Origin: a virus
Virus record (IMG/VR): IMGVR_UViG_3300045988_081423
Strand: one strand, 5' to 3'
Length of the DNA stretch: 64,000 bases
Shown here in pieces: positions 33,689 to 44,044 of the stretch. A model generated the notes under the pieces. The model worked only from the letters and a program-made list of their open reading frames with translations. It did not search any database and had not been told where the DNA came from. Positions within the stretch are counted from its first letter, which is position 1, and each line of letters starts with the position of its first letter. The position numbers and the translations under genes are program-made.

Positions 33689-35371
33689 GTGAGATGTTTG
33701 CCAAGAAAAAAGAAAGTTGAACAAGAAACATTATCTGAAAAACAAGTTAATGATGTTCTAAATGCGTATGATTATTTTATGAATTTCTCTGATTCTTATA
33801 ATCGTAGCTATTATAGTGGCGGCGCTGATTATAATACGCCAGATACTATTAATAGAAGGCTAAAAGACATTAACTTAACACAAGTTGATACTACCGTAGC
33901 GGATATTGAAAAGGCTTTAAAGAACGCGAAGGATTCAGAGGAAATTCTTTCTAATTATGCACAGACGCTTGAGATTACAAATATGTCCTTTAAGCGTCTA
34001 ACGCAATATTTGCCAAATCTGGCGGCATTTAACTTAACTTTTGACCCAATCAATGTCACAAAAGAATCTGAGCTAAAATCTAAAGAATTTAAGAAAGATT
34101 TAGCTAAAGTAGATGAGTTTTGTAACAAGTTCGATTATCGCACAGAATTTGCGACTGCTATGCGTCAGTGTTTTAGACAAGGTGCAATGTTTAGTGTTCT
34201 CCGTGATGAAGGAGACAAATATACTCTTCAAGAGCTTCCAAAACAATTTTGCAAGATTACTGGGCGTTTTGACTATGGTTATTTGTACGACTTTGATATG
34301 ACATGGTTTCTAAATATGGATGGTGTAGATATTGATATGTACCCCACTATCTTCAAACGTATGCTAAATCGGATTCAAAAAAGCCATAACAAACCTTATG
34401 ACCCTGCAAGGCGTTTGCAATCAAGAAATACTGGTTTTAATTATTGGCAACAGACTTCTCCTGAAAATGGGTTTTGGTGTTTTAAGCTCGACCCAGAACT
34501 AGCAACTATTTTACCTTATTATTCTGGTATTCTTGGTAATGCTAGTTTCCAGCCTGTTGTTAGAGGTCTACAACAGGATAAATACTTTATTGATGCTTCC
34601 AAGATTCTAGTTGGTATCCTTGGATTCAATAAAGAACAGAAGAGTGGTCAGGTTGCCAACTCTATCAATATGACACCTGAGATGATTGGTAAATTCTTAG
34701 GCGTTGCTCGTAAAGGGCTGAATAGCCAGATTGGCCTAGCTGTGCTGCCCACTGACGATGTTAAAGCTGTAGATTTTAGTATTTCAAATACCAATTCCGA
34801 TGTTGACTATGCAAGCTCTGTTGTTAAGCAGAGTGTTGCGTCTAGTGAAGCACTGTTTGGAACTGAGAAGCTAAATAGTCACCAGTCTAAACTTGCGTCT
34901 GCTATTGATAATAATGTCATTGAAGCCCTGTATCCTGCTTTTGCTAATTTCATGGAGTTTTTCATTAACCAGCGAACCGAGAAATATAAATTCAAGATTC
35001 GTTTCCATGATGAAAATGTTCCAGACCAAAAAGCAGAACGAAAGGCACTATTCAATGATTTTTCTAAAATTGGATTTGTAGATATGCAGCTTGCTGCAAG
35101 ATGTAATGATATGAACGTCTTTGAGTATGCAAGACATCTACAAATTTCTAAGAGTTGTTTTGATGTTAAGGGAATGGTTATTCCTCTAAATCAATATCTA
35201 ACTCCCCCTGTTCAAACTAGAACTGGCACTAGCACAACAACAAAGCCACCAGAGAATCCTCTTACTAAAGGTAGCGTTGGTAGACCACCAAAACCGGAGA
35301 GTGATTCTGAGTCTACGGAAGCAAGTTGGGCTAGGGGTTCTAATGAACTCAAACAAGAATTTAACGAATAA
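33689..35371 (+). CDS. portal protein (by position and size)
   Basis: 560-aa ORF immediately after terL. The start codon is uncertain (GTG 33689 or TTG 33698). Confidence 0.55.
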   Translation: MRCLPRKKKVEQETLSEKQVNDVLNAYDYFMNFSDSYNRSYYSGGADYNTPDTINRRLKDINLTQVDTTVADIEKALKNAKDSEEILSNYAQTLEITNMSFKRLTQYLPNLAAFNLTFDPINVTKESELKSKEFKKDLAKVDEFCNKFDYRTEFATAMRQCFRQGAMFSVLRDEGDKYTLQELPKQFCKITGRFDYGYLYDFDMTWFLNMDGVDIDMYPTIFKRMLNRIQKSHNKPYDPARRLQSRNTGFNYWQQTSPENGFWCFKLDPELATILPYYSGILGNASFQPVVRGLQQDKYFIDASKILVGILGFNKEQKSGQVANSINMTPEMIGKFLGVARKGLNSQIGLAVLPTDDVKAVDFSISNTNSDVDYASSVVKQSVASSEALFGTEKLNSHQSKLASAIDNNVIEALYPAFANFMEFFINQRTEKYKFKIRFHDENVPDQKAERKALFNDFSKIGFVDMQLAARCNDMNVFEYARHLQISKSCFDVKGMVIPLNQYLTPPVQTRTGTSTTTKPPENPLTKGSVGRPPKPESDSESTEASWARGSNELKQEFNE

Positions 35372-35385
35372 CCGAGGTGATATAA

Positions 35386-35646
35386 TTGGCACTATCTAAA
35401 GAAGTAATTAAGGCTCTAAATAGCTCTAATGGTCTAACTCAGTCTCTAAATGTAGGTCAAGCTATTTCTGACGCTATTGATGAATGTGGCGGTTCTACTA
35501 CCAATGTGCAGAACGTCACTAATGTAATTGATGCGCCTAAGATTGCGCACCACGATAAGCTAGATGGTAATGTTACAATTGCTACTCTAAAGAGCGCTTA
35601 CAATTCTCTGGTGGACGACCTGATTAAGGCTGGCCTAATGGAGTAA
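35386..35646 (+). CDS. hypothetical small structural-module protein
   Basis: 86-aa ORF with a TTG start after GAGGTGA. Confidence 0.5.
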   Translation: MALSKEVIKALNSSNGLTQSLNVGQAISDAIDECGGSTTNVQNVTNVIDAPKIAHHDKLDGNVTIATLKSAYNSLVDDLIKAGLME

Positions 35647-35681
35647 TAATATATGTTAAATTTTAATTGAATGGGGGTGAC

Positions 35682-37319
35682 ATGAGATTGGAGAATAAAA
35701 GTTTATATTTCACATTTGGTATTGACGACGTAAATGTTATTGAAGATGATGATAGGTTTGCTATCACTAAGATTCGTGCATTTGCAGAAAAAGAGAATAG
35801 TCATACTCAGCCAATTTCTTTTGATTCTCTTAAAATGACTGCTAATACTATTTATAATGTTCCTGTTGTGGTTGAGTTCACTGATTGGAATGATGATGGT
35901 ATTGGCACTCACTCTAAGGCAGAAATCCCGGTTGGGTTTGTTTACTCTGAAAACAACCCTGTCACCTTTGAATATGATGAAGAGCGAGACAAGAATTTCT
36001 TGACTATTAAAGCTCTTATTTGGAAAAACTATTCTAAAAATATTGTTGATATTATTCATAGTTCCAATGACAGAAAGAAAGTATCTGTTGAAATGACTAC
36101 TACTGATTATCAAGATAATGGCCCATTTGATAAACCAGATGTTTATAGCTGGAAATATCAAGCTATTACTATTTTGTCAGACCAAGTTGCAGAGGCTTGT
36201 AAAGGAAGTAATGTTCAGCTTATGAAATTCTCTGAGGATAAAGAAAATTATATTAAAGAAAACTTTGCTGACAAAATTTCTATTGATAATTCTAAAGAAG
36301 CAGCTACAAGTGGCGAGTGGTCTAATCCCGGTCAGAAGCTATTCAAACCAATTACAGAAGCGTCTAACGCAAAGTCTTTGCTAAAAGAAGCGTATTTAAT
36401 TGGTGATTTCTCCGACAATGAGTACGAAATTACGAAATTCAAGTATCCACATCACATTGTTCGTGATGGTAAACTTATTGTTCATAAAGATGGCTTGCAG
36501 TCCGCATTTTCTAGGGCTGCACAGCAGGGAATTGTTAAAGGAGACGTGAAGTCCCACTTGCTGAAACACTATCATGAGCTTGGTTTGGATACACAAAATT
36601 TTGCAGAATTTGGTTTCTCGCAAGATGAGTTCAATCAGTATTTTGCAGAAGATTATAAACAGGACGAGGGTGAAAACGTGGAAGAAGAGAAGAAAGTAAC
36701 AGAAGCCGAAGTTACTGAAACCAAGAAGGAAGAGGAAACTAAGGTGGAGGAAGCGGAAGCAGCCAAAGAAAAGACCGAGGAAAAGGTTGAAGAGGCTTGC
36801 GAAACCGAAATGGGTCGTGACAAGAAAATGGCTGACGATGAAGACGATAAAGATGATGATTCCGATGAGCGTCATGATGAGTCTGACAAGGACGATGAGT
36901 CTGATAAGGAAAATATGTCTCTTGAAGAAGCTATGTCTGAAATTTCTAATCTGACTACTGAAAATGAAAAGCTAAAAAAGGATAATGAAGCATATATGGC
37001 TAAATTTGAAGCCATGTCTGATTATGATGAACTAAAGGCTTTTAAGTTTGCAGCAGAAGAAAAAGAAAAGCAAGAAGCTAATATGGTTAAAATGTGTGAA
37101 GTCCTAGACGAAATCTCTGAAAAGGGCGTTGAAATGTCTGAGGATGAACGTAATGCTTATATCGCTAAATTTAGCGAATATGATAGTGTAGCCGCATGGA
37201 GTAACATGGTAAAAGCCGCAGAGTTTGACCGAGTTGGTGCTCCCTCTGGCAACATTCACAAGATTGGTCTACCTTATGGAGAGAAGAAGAAATCTACTGG
37301 TTCCATTTGGGATAATTAA
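35682..37319 (+). CDS. putative prohead protease-like N-domain fused to an acidic coiled-coil scaffold-like region
   Basis: GTHSKAEIPVGFV ... KKVSVEMT resembles HK97-type protease His/Ser blocks. The C-terminal half is Glu/Asp/Lys-rich coiled coil. Confidence 0.4.
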   Translation: MRLENKSLYFTFGIDDVNVIEDDDRFAITKIRAFAEKENSHTQPISFDSLKMTANTIYNVPVVVEFTDWNDDGIGTHSKAEIPVGFVYSENNPVTFEYDEERDKNFLTIKALIWKNYSKNIVDIIHSSNDRKKVSVEMTTTDYQDNGPFDKPDVYSWKYQAITILSDQVAEACKGSNVQLMKFSEDKENYIKENFADKISIDNSKEAATSGEWSNPGQKLFKPITEASNAKSLLKEAYLIGDFSDNEYEITKFKYPHHIVRDGKLIVHKDGLQSAFSRAAQQGIVKGDVKSHLLKHYHELGLDTQNFAEFGFSQDEFNQYFAEDYKQDEGENVEEEKKVTEAEVTETKKEEETKVEEAEAAKEKTEEKVEEACETEMGRDKKMADDEDDKDDDSDERHDESDKDDESDKENMSLEEAMSEISNLTTENEKLKKDNEAYMAKFEAMSDYDELKAFKFAAEEKEKQEANMVKMCEVLDEISEKGVEMSEDERNAYIAKFSEYDSVAAWSNMVKAAEFDRVGAPSGNIHKIGLPYGEKKKSTGSIWDN

Positions 37320-37349
37320 AAATTATTAATTTTAGGAGGAAATTTTACT

Positions 37350-37892
37350 ATGTATGATGTTCTAATTAAGAGCGGCTACGCGGCTCTAAATGTTGATAAC
37401 TGGAACCGTACTGTCGTATGCGAAGAGGACGTACCCAACGGTGCAGTTTTTGCTCTAAGTGAGTATTCTACCGATGCTGATAGCAAGATTGTTTGGAAGG
37501 CTGGCAAGCCTGCCGCAGAAGCAAAGAATCTATGGATGGCATCTAGCCCAGAAGTCGTTATTACTACTCTACCCGATGGCACTGAGCTAAAGGGTATTGA
37601 CAATAATATCCGCGACTTCGTAAATATCAAGGGTCATCCTATTGATGCTTTCAAGCTAATTGAAGACGATGTTCTTACTATTGTTCCTAGCACAGCTAAT
37701 GCAACTGCAATGGCTACTGCAAAGTTCCTAATTCCTGATACTACTAAGTTCGCCCTAAAGGCAAGCACTAAGACTGCTCCTACTGCTGGTATGTATCTAA
37801 AGGCACTGGGTGCTACTACAGCTCACATTGGCGATGGCAACCTAGTCAAGAAGGCAGTTACCGCTTACAAGTTTGTTGTCTGCGTAGCTTGA
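37350..37892 (+). CDS. head-module protein (decoration or scaffold candidate)
   Basis: 180-aa ORF with a TAGGAGGA RBS, just upstream of the capsid gene. Confidence 0.4.
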   Translation: MYDVLIKSGYAALNVDNWNRTVVCEEDVPNGAVFALSEYSTDADSKIVWKAGKPAAEAKNLWMASSPEVVITTLPDGTELKGIDNNIRDFVNIKGHPIDAFKLIEDDVLTIVPSTANATAMATAKFLIPDTTKFALKASTKTAPTAGMYLKALGATTAHIGDGNLVKKAVTAYKFVVCVA

Positions 37893-37921
37893 TGATATTT
37901 TAAGAAAAGGAGAATAATACT

Positions 37922-39013
37922 ATGAATGAGAAGACTCTAGCTTTCTCCGGCGATATGACTGCCGAAGTAAAGATTAAGGATTATTTTAATGACTATGCAA
38001 AGCAGCGTGGTCAGTATGATGGCTATGTTGATACCTCTATCTCTTTTGCAGAGAAGGAGAAGAAGATTAACGACCTACTGATGGCAGAAGTTAAAAAGCT
38101 ATCTGGTCTGGATTTTAACAATTCTTTTGCTTCCATTGAGATGATGGCTAAGAATCCCACTTTCCAGTGGGCTTACATGGCTGTAGTTAATGCGGCTATT
38201 GACATGGTTCTACCTGACTTTGTAGACCGTACCACCAGTGTTTACACTGAAATGCGTAATGGTGCTATTGGTGATAGCTTCAAGTTTGATGTTGAATCTA
38301 ACGATTTGTTCGTTGTATCTAAAGCTGGTCGGAATCAGCGTAATACTGAGTTCCAGCGCGAAGATATTGGTCAGCGCTCTATCATTCCCTTCAATCACAA
38401 TATCTCTGTTTCTTCCAATAAGTATAAGGCTCTGTGTGGTAAGGAATCCATCGCTCGTTTCCTGATGAAGGCAGTTCTATCTATGGAAGCAGAACTAACC
38501 AAGGAAATTGCTCTAGCATTTGCTACCGCCATGGATGATGTTAAGGATAATGGCGCAGAGGCTCTACACGTTGCTGGTCTAGCGGATAAGAGCGTTATTA
38601 AGCTAATTCAGACTGTCTCTGCTTATAACCGTGCCCCCGCTATTCTAATGGGTACTATGAGTGCTGTTCATGACCTACTGCCTCAGTCTGCTAATCTGCG
38701 CATGATGGTTGATTCCGATTACGTTCGCGTTGGCTATATTTCCAACATTTATGGTACTGACGTAATGGTTATGCCTCAGTATGCCGATTATGCCGCTGCT
38801 GACCAGTACAAGCTGGCTCTACCTGATGATAAGATTTATGTCATCAGCCCCTCTGCCCAGAAGCCTGTTAAGCTGTGCCTAGAGGGTGCTACCACCTCTA
38901 ACACTGTTGATAGCAATGCAGATGCAGACCTAACCACCAATACTACCATTAACAAGAGCTGGGGTATTGGTGTCATCACCAATGCTATTGCTGGTGTCAT
39001 CACTGTCGGCTAA
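37922..39013 (+). CDS. major capsid protein (by position and expression signals)
   Basis: 363-aa ORF with an AAAAGGAGA RBS and a terminator hairpin downstream. Its position after the protease/scaffold genes fits. Confidence 0.6.
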   Translation: MNEKTLAFSGDMTAEVKIKDYFNDYAKQRGQYDGYVDTSISFAEKEKKINDLLMAEVKKLSGLDFNNSFASIEMMAKNPTFQWAYMAVVNAAIDMVLPDFVDRTTSVYTEMRNGAIGDSFKFDVESNDLFVVSKAGRNQRNTEFQREDIGQRSIIPFNHNISVSSNKYKALCGKESIARFLMKAVLSMEAELTKEIALAFATAMDDVKDNGAEALHVAGLADKSVIKLIQTVSAYNRAPAILMGTMSAVHDLLPQSANLRMMVDSDYVRVGYISNIYGTDVMVMPQYADYAAADQYKLALPDDKIYVISPSAQKPVKLCLEGATTSNTVDSNADADLTTNTTINKSWGIGVITNAIAGVITVG

Positions 39014-39036
39014 TTGCTTGTTAAATTTTGAATAAT

Positions 39037-39062
39037 TACCCTACTCTTTTGGGAGTAGGGTA
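39037..39062 (+). terminator. hairpin terminator/attenuator after the capsid gene
   Basis: Stem TACCCTACTC/GAGTAGGGTA with a short T-rich loop; the trailing T-run is weak. Confidence 0.5.
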
Positions 39063-39095
39063 TATATTATTCATAAGGATTGAAAGGGGTATGAA

Positions 39096-39725
39096 ATGGC
39101 AACCAACACAGAGAGAATTGAAAACCTTGAAAAAGGTATGTCAGAAATGCAGGGTACGCTTGGTGAGATTCTTGCTACACTACGCGGTTTTTCTACTTCC
39201 TCTGCTCAAAATGAATCTGTTACAGTTGTACACGAGGATAGCCCATCCGAAGAAGATTATACAGAACCAGAGGACGGAAAGAGCATTCGTGTTCGCAGTC
39301 TGTTTAATGGGACTCTTAATCTTACTTATGGGGACAGACGCTTTGTTACTTTTAATAAGTACGGTGACGAAAATCGTGTGCTATATCGTGACTTGATTCA
39401 AATTGTGAATATGAATCATAAGTTCGCAGAAGAAGGATACTTTGAAATTGAGGATGCAAGTGCTGTTTATTTTCTTGGTATGACTTATGCTTATAATAAT
39501 ATTATTAAGTATAAGGATATCGAAAATATTTGCAGTTATTCCGATGATAAAGTGAAAACTCTAATTGAGAACGCAAGTGATTATCAGAAAAGCCTAGTAG
39601 CAAATCGCGTTGCTCATCAAATTGTTGATGGCAAGAACGTAGACTACAATAAGGTCAATTTGATTAACAAGTTGTGTTCCGTAGATATTAGTAAGCGTGC
39701 AGAGTCTATTCGCTCACTTGCTTAA
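39096..39725 (+). CDS. hypothetical structural-module protein
   Basis: 209-aa ORF. The overlapping ORF 39028-39396 is judged spurious. Confidence 0.55.
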   Translation: MATNTERIENLEKGMSEMQGTLGEILATLRGFSTSSAQNESVTVVHEDSPSEEDYTEPEDGKSIRVRSLFNGTLNLTYGDRRFVTFNKYGDENRVLYRDLIQIVNMNHKFAEEGYFEIEDASAVYFLGMTYAYNNIIKYKDIENICSYSDDKVKTLIENASDYQKSLVANRVAHQIVDGKNVDYNKVNLINKLCSVDISKRAESIRSLA

Positions 39726-39751
39726 ATTATTTTAAATAAGAAAGGCGGTGA

Positions 39752-40303
39752 ATGGGATTGAACAATATTAGTTTATTTAATAATGAAATAGAAAATAAAC
39801 CTGTTGAAGAACCAGACGCTCCACCAGAGCAAACACAACCTTCTGGAACTAACTTTAATGAGATTTATAAACTATTTTTAATTTCATTACAAGATTATGA
39901 GCTAAAACGACTATTTAATGATAATCCAGAAGCAGCCGATGATTTGCTTATGTGCTTCTTACTAAGAGCCATTCCTCTTTTTATAAATTGTCAAAAAGAT
40001 ATTGAACAATATCATCAAAATGAATTAGGAGAATATGAATTTAACGACACATTGACATTAACAGAAAAGACTATTCTTTCAGATTTAATGGTTCAATGTT
40101 GGCTTGATTTTATAATTTCTGATACTACTCAACTTGGTGGTTTGCAAGATACTGACTTCAAGCGTGAATCCGCTTCTAATAATTTAAAAGAAAAAGCAAA
40201 TTATGCTGACAGATGGCGTGAGAAAACAAATCAAAAAATTATTAATTACGGCCTGAAAAATACCCCATTTGCTGAGTGGGCGGTGGGAAATTATGGACTT
40301 TAA
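39752..40303 (+). CDS. head-tail connector candidate
   Basis: 183-aa ORF in the neck-gene position. Confidence 0.35.
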   Translation: MGLNNISLFNNEIENKPVEEPDAPPEQTQPSGTNFNEIYKLFLISLQDYELKRLFNDNPEAADDLLMCFLLRAIPLFINCQKDIEQYHQNELGEYEFNDTLTLTEKTILSDLMVQCWLDFIISDTTQLGGLQDTDFKRESASNNLKEKANYADRWREKTNQKIINYGLKNTPFAEWAVGNYGL

Positions 40304-40595
40304 TGGAATTAATTTTTCTGACAAAGAAATTCAAGAGTATAAACAATCTGTAATCAATAAATTATTTGCAATTCTTGGAATTTTTGAGGATTGCGAAGCT
40401 ATAGATGATTATTCCGGGTATACTGCTTACATCAAGAGGTTAACAAGGGAATTTAACGGGTTGTACAATATGTTCGGTATTGTAAATTTCCTTTCTATTG
40501 TTAGTATTCTTGAGGGTTCGCAAGTACCCATTGAACATTCAGAGGTTAAACAGCTAGTGTTCCATTGTATCTCTCTGGTCAAAAAGGCTAGGTGA
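40293..40595 (+). CDS. neck-module hypothetical protein
   Basis: ATG at 40293 after GGTGGGAAA. Confidence 0.4.
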   Translation: MDFNGINFSDKEIQEYKQSVINKLFAILGIFEDCEAIDDYSGYTAYIKRLTREFNGLYNMFGIVNFLSIVSILEGSQVPIEHSEVKQLVFHCISLVKKAR

Positions 40596-40600
40596 TATAT

Positions 40601-41593
40601 ATGTCATACTATGATACTTTTATGAATGTTAATAAGCACCCTGCTCAAAGATGGAGAAATCAGCTTCAAGATACGGTTGATAAGGTCTTTGAGAATGCGT
40701 CTACTTGGTGGGACGACGTATGGGAAGAAAAAAAATTTGGTTCTAATGGTCTTGAAACAATTACAACAGACGAAGAAAAAAGAGATGAGCTATTTAATAA
40801 AATAGATATCAGAATTACATCACTTGTTGATGCCAAAACCGGGCAGCGTGTAAACGATGACTATAAGAAATTAATTTACAAAGATTTAGATTATAGGCCA
40901 AAGCTAGGACAGAGATATTTCTTTGATGATAATATCTGGATAATTTACTCAAGGGATAATATTCGCAAGAGTTCATCTAGTGCTTATGTTAGACGTTGTA
41001 ATAATACAATCAATACTCTAGCAGAGGACGAGAAAACAATCCATCGTGAGCCATGCTATATTGAGTATAAAATTATTGAAGACCAAATTTCCACATCGGA
41101 AGTTATTGACGTAGCTAAAGATAAAATTGAAGTTGTTTGCCAGTATAACGATTGGACAAGTCAGTACAGAATTAATACTCGTTTTATGTTAAATGGTGTA
41201 ACATATAAGATTAGACAGTTTGTCAATTTCTTAAATATGAATACGTTCCAAGATAATCCGGGCTTGCTAAAATTCTATGCAGACTTTGAAAATTACAATG
41301 TCGCAGACAATCCCGAGAATGACTTGGCTAATGACGATAAAGAACCAAAAGAGCCGGAAGAATTTACTATTCTTTTAAATGGCTCGAAAACGTTTGTTCT
41401 TGATGGCGATAACTATACGTTTGAGTGCAACAAGGATGAAACAGTGTCTAAAGATTATTATTCTTTCACATTCACAAATAACAGTTTCAAAATCAAAAAC
41501 CATCATCAAAGTACCAATCCGCTTATTGTGAATTGTTACCAAGACGGCGTACTAATAAAAACGTTTAATATTAAATTAGGAGGTGTTATATAG
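40601..41593 (+). CDS. neck/tail-module hypothetical protein
   Basis: ATG after AGGTGA. Confidence 0.45.
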   Translation: MSYYDTFMNVNKHPAQRWRNQLQDTVDKVFENASTWWDDVWEEKKFGSNGLETITTDEEKRDELFNKIDIRITSLVDAKTGQRVNDDYKKLIYKDLDYRPKLGQRYFFDDNIWIIYSRDNIRKSSSSAYVRRCNNTINTLAEDEKTIHREPCYIEYKIIEDQISTSEVIDVAKDKIEVVCQYNDWTSQYRINTRFMLNGVTYKIRQFVNFLNMNTFQDNPGLLKFYADFENYNVADNPENDLANDDKEPKEPEEFTILLNGSKTFVLDGDNYTFECNKDETVSKDYYSFTFTNNSFKIKNHHQSTNPLIVNCYQDGVLIKTFNIKLGGVI

Positions 41594-42208
41594 TTGTATT
41601 ACGAAGAGCTTAGTCCTATCGTTTTCGCAGTTATTTATAACAGACTTCTAAGAAGTGAACGTTTGGTTAGGTTGTTGACTTGTTACAAGCGAAATACTTC
41701 TCCTTATCTTGATAAATCTTTTGACAAAGAGATTGATAGAATTGGTGGCGTAAATAATCTCGTTTATATGGGGCAAGACCTAGATAAATGCACAGACGTC
41801 CATATTTATCCACTAGAGCATATTCCTGACGCAAAATTAGACCAAAAGACATATTTAACTGTAACACTTAATGGTGGGTACACCACAGAGGTCGCACAGT
41901 ATAAAAAAGTTGTTGTGTGTGTTGATGTGGTAGTTCACGATGAGCAAAGCGTTATTCTGTCTGATAATCCCGACTATCCGATAGCTTATCGTCTTTACGA
42001 TATCGTGCATGAAATTGATGCAATCATTAATGACAAAAGGCTGGAAGACTTTTCTCCCGGACGTATGAGCCTAATAGGATTTCAACGTCGTTATTATAAT
42101 GGTTATTTTAATGGTTTGCAGCTTCAATATCAACTAACACTAAACAGCACAATTGGTTGTGATGGTGGTTCTACAAATCTACTACCTAAATTTATTCTAA
42201 AAAATTGA
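41594..42208 (+). CDS. neck/tail-module hypothetical protein
   Basis: 204-aa ORF with a TTG start after AGGAGGTG. Confidence 0.45.
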   Translation: MYYEELSPIVFAVIYNRLLRSERLVRLLTCYKRNTSPYLDKSFDKEIDRIGGVNNLVYMGQDLDKCTDVHIYPLEHIPDAKLDQKTYLTVTLNGGYTTEVAQYKKVVVCVDVVVHDEQSVILSDNPDYPIAYRLYDIVHEIDAIINDKRLEDFSPGRMSLIGFQRRYYNGYFNGLQLQYQLTLNSTIGCDGGSTNLLPKFILKN

Positions 42209-43089
42209 ACGCTTTACAGTTGTATAGCGGGAGACCGCTAAAATTAGCAGAAAACGTATATGTAGAACACCCAAAAGTTAATAAATTATTTAGCGACGAT
42301 GTGGGAAAAGATGTCTATAGTGAATATATGAAAAATCTGACTCTTATTATTACGCAGTCGAAAGACATTGCTGATATTTTATGGGTTGAAAATAAGATAT
42401 GGTATGAAGATATCAAAAGCGAATACGAGTTTTTCATTCAAGAATGTCTAGCGGATAGCACATCAAATAATGTTTTTATTAGAGATGGTGAACTTGTCTC
42501 AGAAAAGGACGAAGAGTGTATCGTTATCAATAATGATATGTCTAATGCGCTTAATTACTTTTTAAATTTGGATGGTAAGTGGATTGTACTAGGCAGAACC
42601 ATTGGAGGAAACACACAAATATTCCTTTTGAGCGTTAAATGTGAAAATGATAAGTTATATATAGAGTCTGATTCTGTTAAATTTAACGAACAGACTTATC
42701 ATATATTGGTAGAATATTTAAAAGATGTAAATTGGATTCATCCTAAATATGAATTTCTTAAAGGTGCCACCAAAAAAGCGAAAAAAATAATCTTACAAAG
42801 GAACTATGAAGAAAGAGAGTACGAGGCAAGAAAAAATAAAAGCAGAGATAAAGAACAAGAAGATTTTCAATGTATATTATCTTGTCTCGTAACTTTTAAA
42901 ATATTTTCATACGAAGAACTTTTCAGCAAACCAATATATGTGATTTACGATTCGTATTTTAGATATATTCAAGCTGACAATTATAGAAATACAATGGATG
43001 CTTTACACTCCGGGTGTATTGATACAAAGAAAACCCCGATTGATATAAATAAAATTCATTGGTCTTCTATTATAAATAATGAAAGTTAA
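42205..43089 (+). CDS. hypothetical protein
   Basis: 294-aa ORF with a 4-nt overlap on the previous gene. Confidence 0.45.
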   Translation: MNALQLYSGRPLKLAENVYVEHPKVNKLFSDDVGKDVYSEYMKNLTLIITQSKDIADILWVENKIWYEDIKSEYEFFIQECLADSTSNNVFIRDGELVSEKDEECIVINNDMSNALNYFLNLDGKWIVLGRTIGGNTQIFLLSVKCENDKLYIESDSVKFNEQTYHILVEYLKDVNWIHPKYEFLKGATKKAKKIILQRNYEEREYEARKNKSRDKEQEDFQCILSCLVTFKIFSYEELFSKPIYVIYDSYFRYIQADNYRNTMDALHSGCIDTKKTPIDINKIHWSSIINNES

Positions 43090-43110
43090 TTATTTAAGGA
43101 GGAAATAGTT

Positions 43111-43965
43111 ATGGCAAAAGGAACACCTAAGAACTTTGTTATTCAACAGGTGTATGAAATTCTAATGCAGAAGCCATCTGATGAAAGCATCATTGGATAC
43201 TTAAAGCATTGCAAGACTTCTAGCATTGAGAATACACAAGAGATGGTGTACCCTAGTGGCGGCAAGGGTAACTCCTATATCGGTCGTGGCTTTGGGCACT
43301 CAAAGCACGCTACCTTTAATATTGAAAGTGCAACTTGGAATACTGATGTGCTTGCAGCACAGAATGGTACTGACGTTGTTATGGGCGAGACCACTTATAC
43401 TAAGTATGTTCAGATTGACCTAAAGGAAGGTACTACTGAGTATGAACTGGAACTGCCAGCAGTAAAAAAGACCGGCGCAACTCTGTATATCGGCACTATT
43501 TATGGTACTCAAAAAGATGGTGACTATATAAAGGTTTTAACCGAGGATAGCGCAGCCTCTACTGGCAAGTTTAGTTATACCGCAGAGGTTACTACTAGTC
43601 CCGCTAAAAAGGCTAAGATTACTCTTGACGATAGCGATGTAACTGCAATGATTGGAACTCTTGGCTGTACTAAGATATCTATGGCTTATACCATTAAGTC
43701 TAAGGCAACAGCACAGCGTATTAATATCAAGACTAATACAATGCCCGATACCGCACTAGTAACTGCCTATGGTCTAGTTGCAGATATTTGTGATGGTAGC
43801 TTGTATCCCTGTATCGTTCATGGCATGGCTCAGATTGATGGTAACTGGACTTGGGATTTAACTGCTGACGGAGGCCCAGCCGTGCATAATATCTCTATGG
43901 AGTTTGTTGCTGGTTGTGAATCTGACGACCTGTATTCTATTATTATTGATACTGACGAAGAGTAA
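43111..43965 (+). CDS. major tail (tube) protein candidate
   Basis: 284-aa ORF with an AAGGAGGA RBS and a strong terminator downstream. No sheath gene is seen. Confidence 0.5.
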   Translation: MAKGTPKNFVIQQVYEILMQKPSDESIIGYLKHCKTSSIENTQEMVYPSGGKGNSYIGRGFGHSKHATFNIESATWNTDVLAAQNGTDVVMGETTYTKYVQIDLKEGTTEYELELPAVKKTGATLYIGTIYGTQKDGDYIKVLTEDSAASTGKFSYTAEVTTSPAKKAKITLDDSDVTAMIGTLGCTKISMAYTIKSKATAQRINIKTNTMPDTALVTAYGLVADICDGSLYPCIVHGMAQIDGNWTWDLTADGGPAVHNISMEFVAGCESDDLYSIIIDTDEE

Positions 43966-43979
43966 TTCTTTACAATTAA

Positions 43980-44016
43980 ATGTAGGTAACGTATTAACGT
44001 TACCTACATTTTCTAT
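43980..44016 (+). terminator. Rho-independent terminator
   Basis: 13-bp perfect stem ATGTAGGTAACGT/ACGTTACCTACAT with loop ATTA, then TTTCTATATTT. Confidence 0.8.
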
Positions 44017-44044
44017 ATTTAAAATTTTATGAAAGGAGGATTTT

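Noticed and set aside
39028-39396. 122-aa ORF overlapping 39096-39725
   Set aside because: It starts inside the capsid-gene terminator hairpin, has no RBS, and its translation is of low complexity. The alternative frame has a proper RBS.
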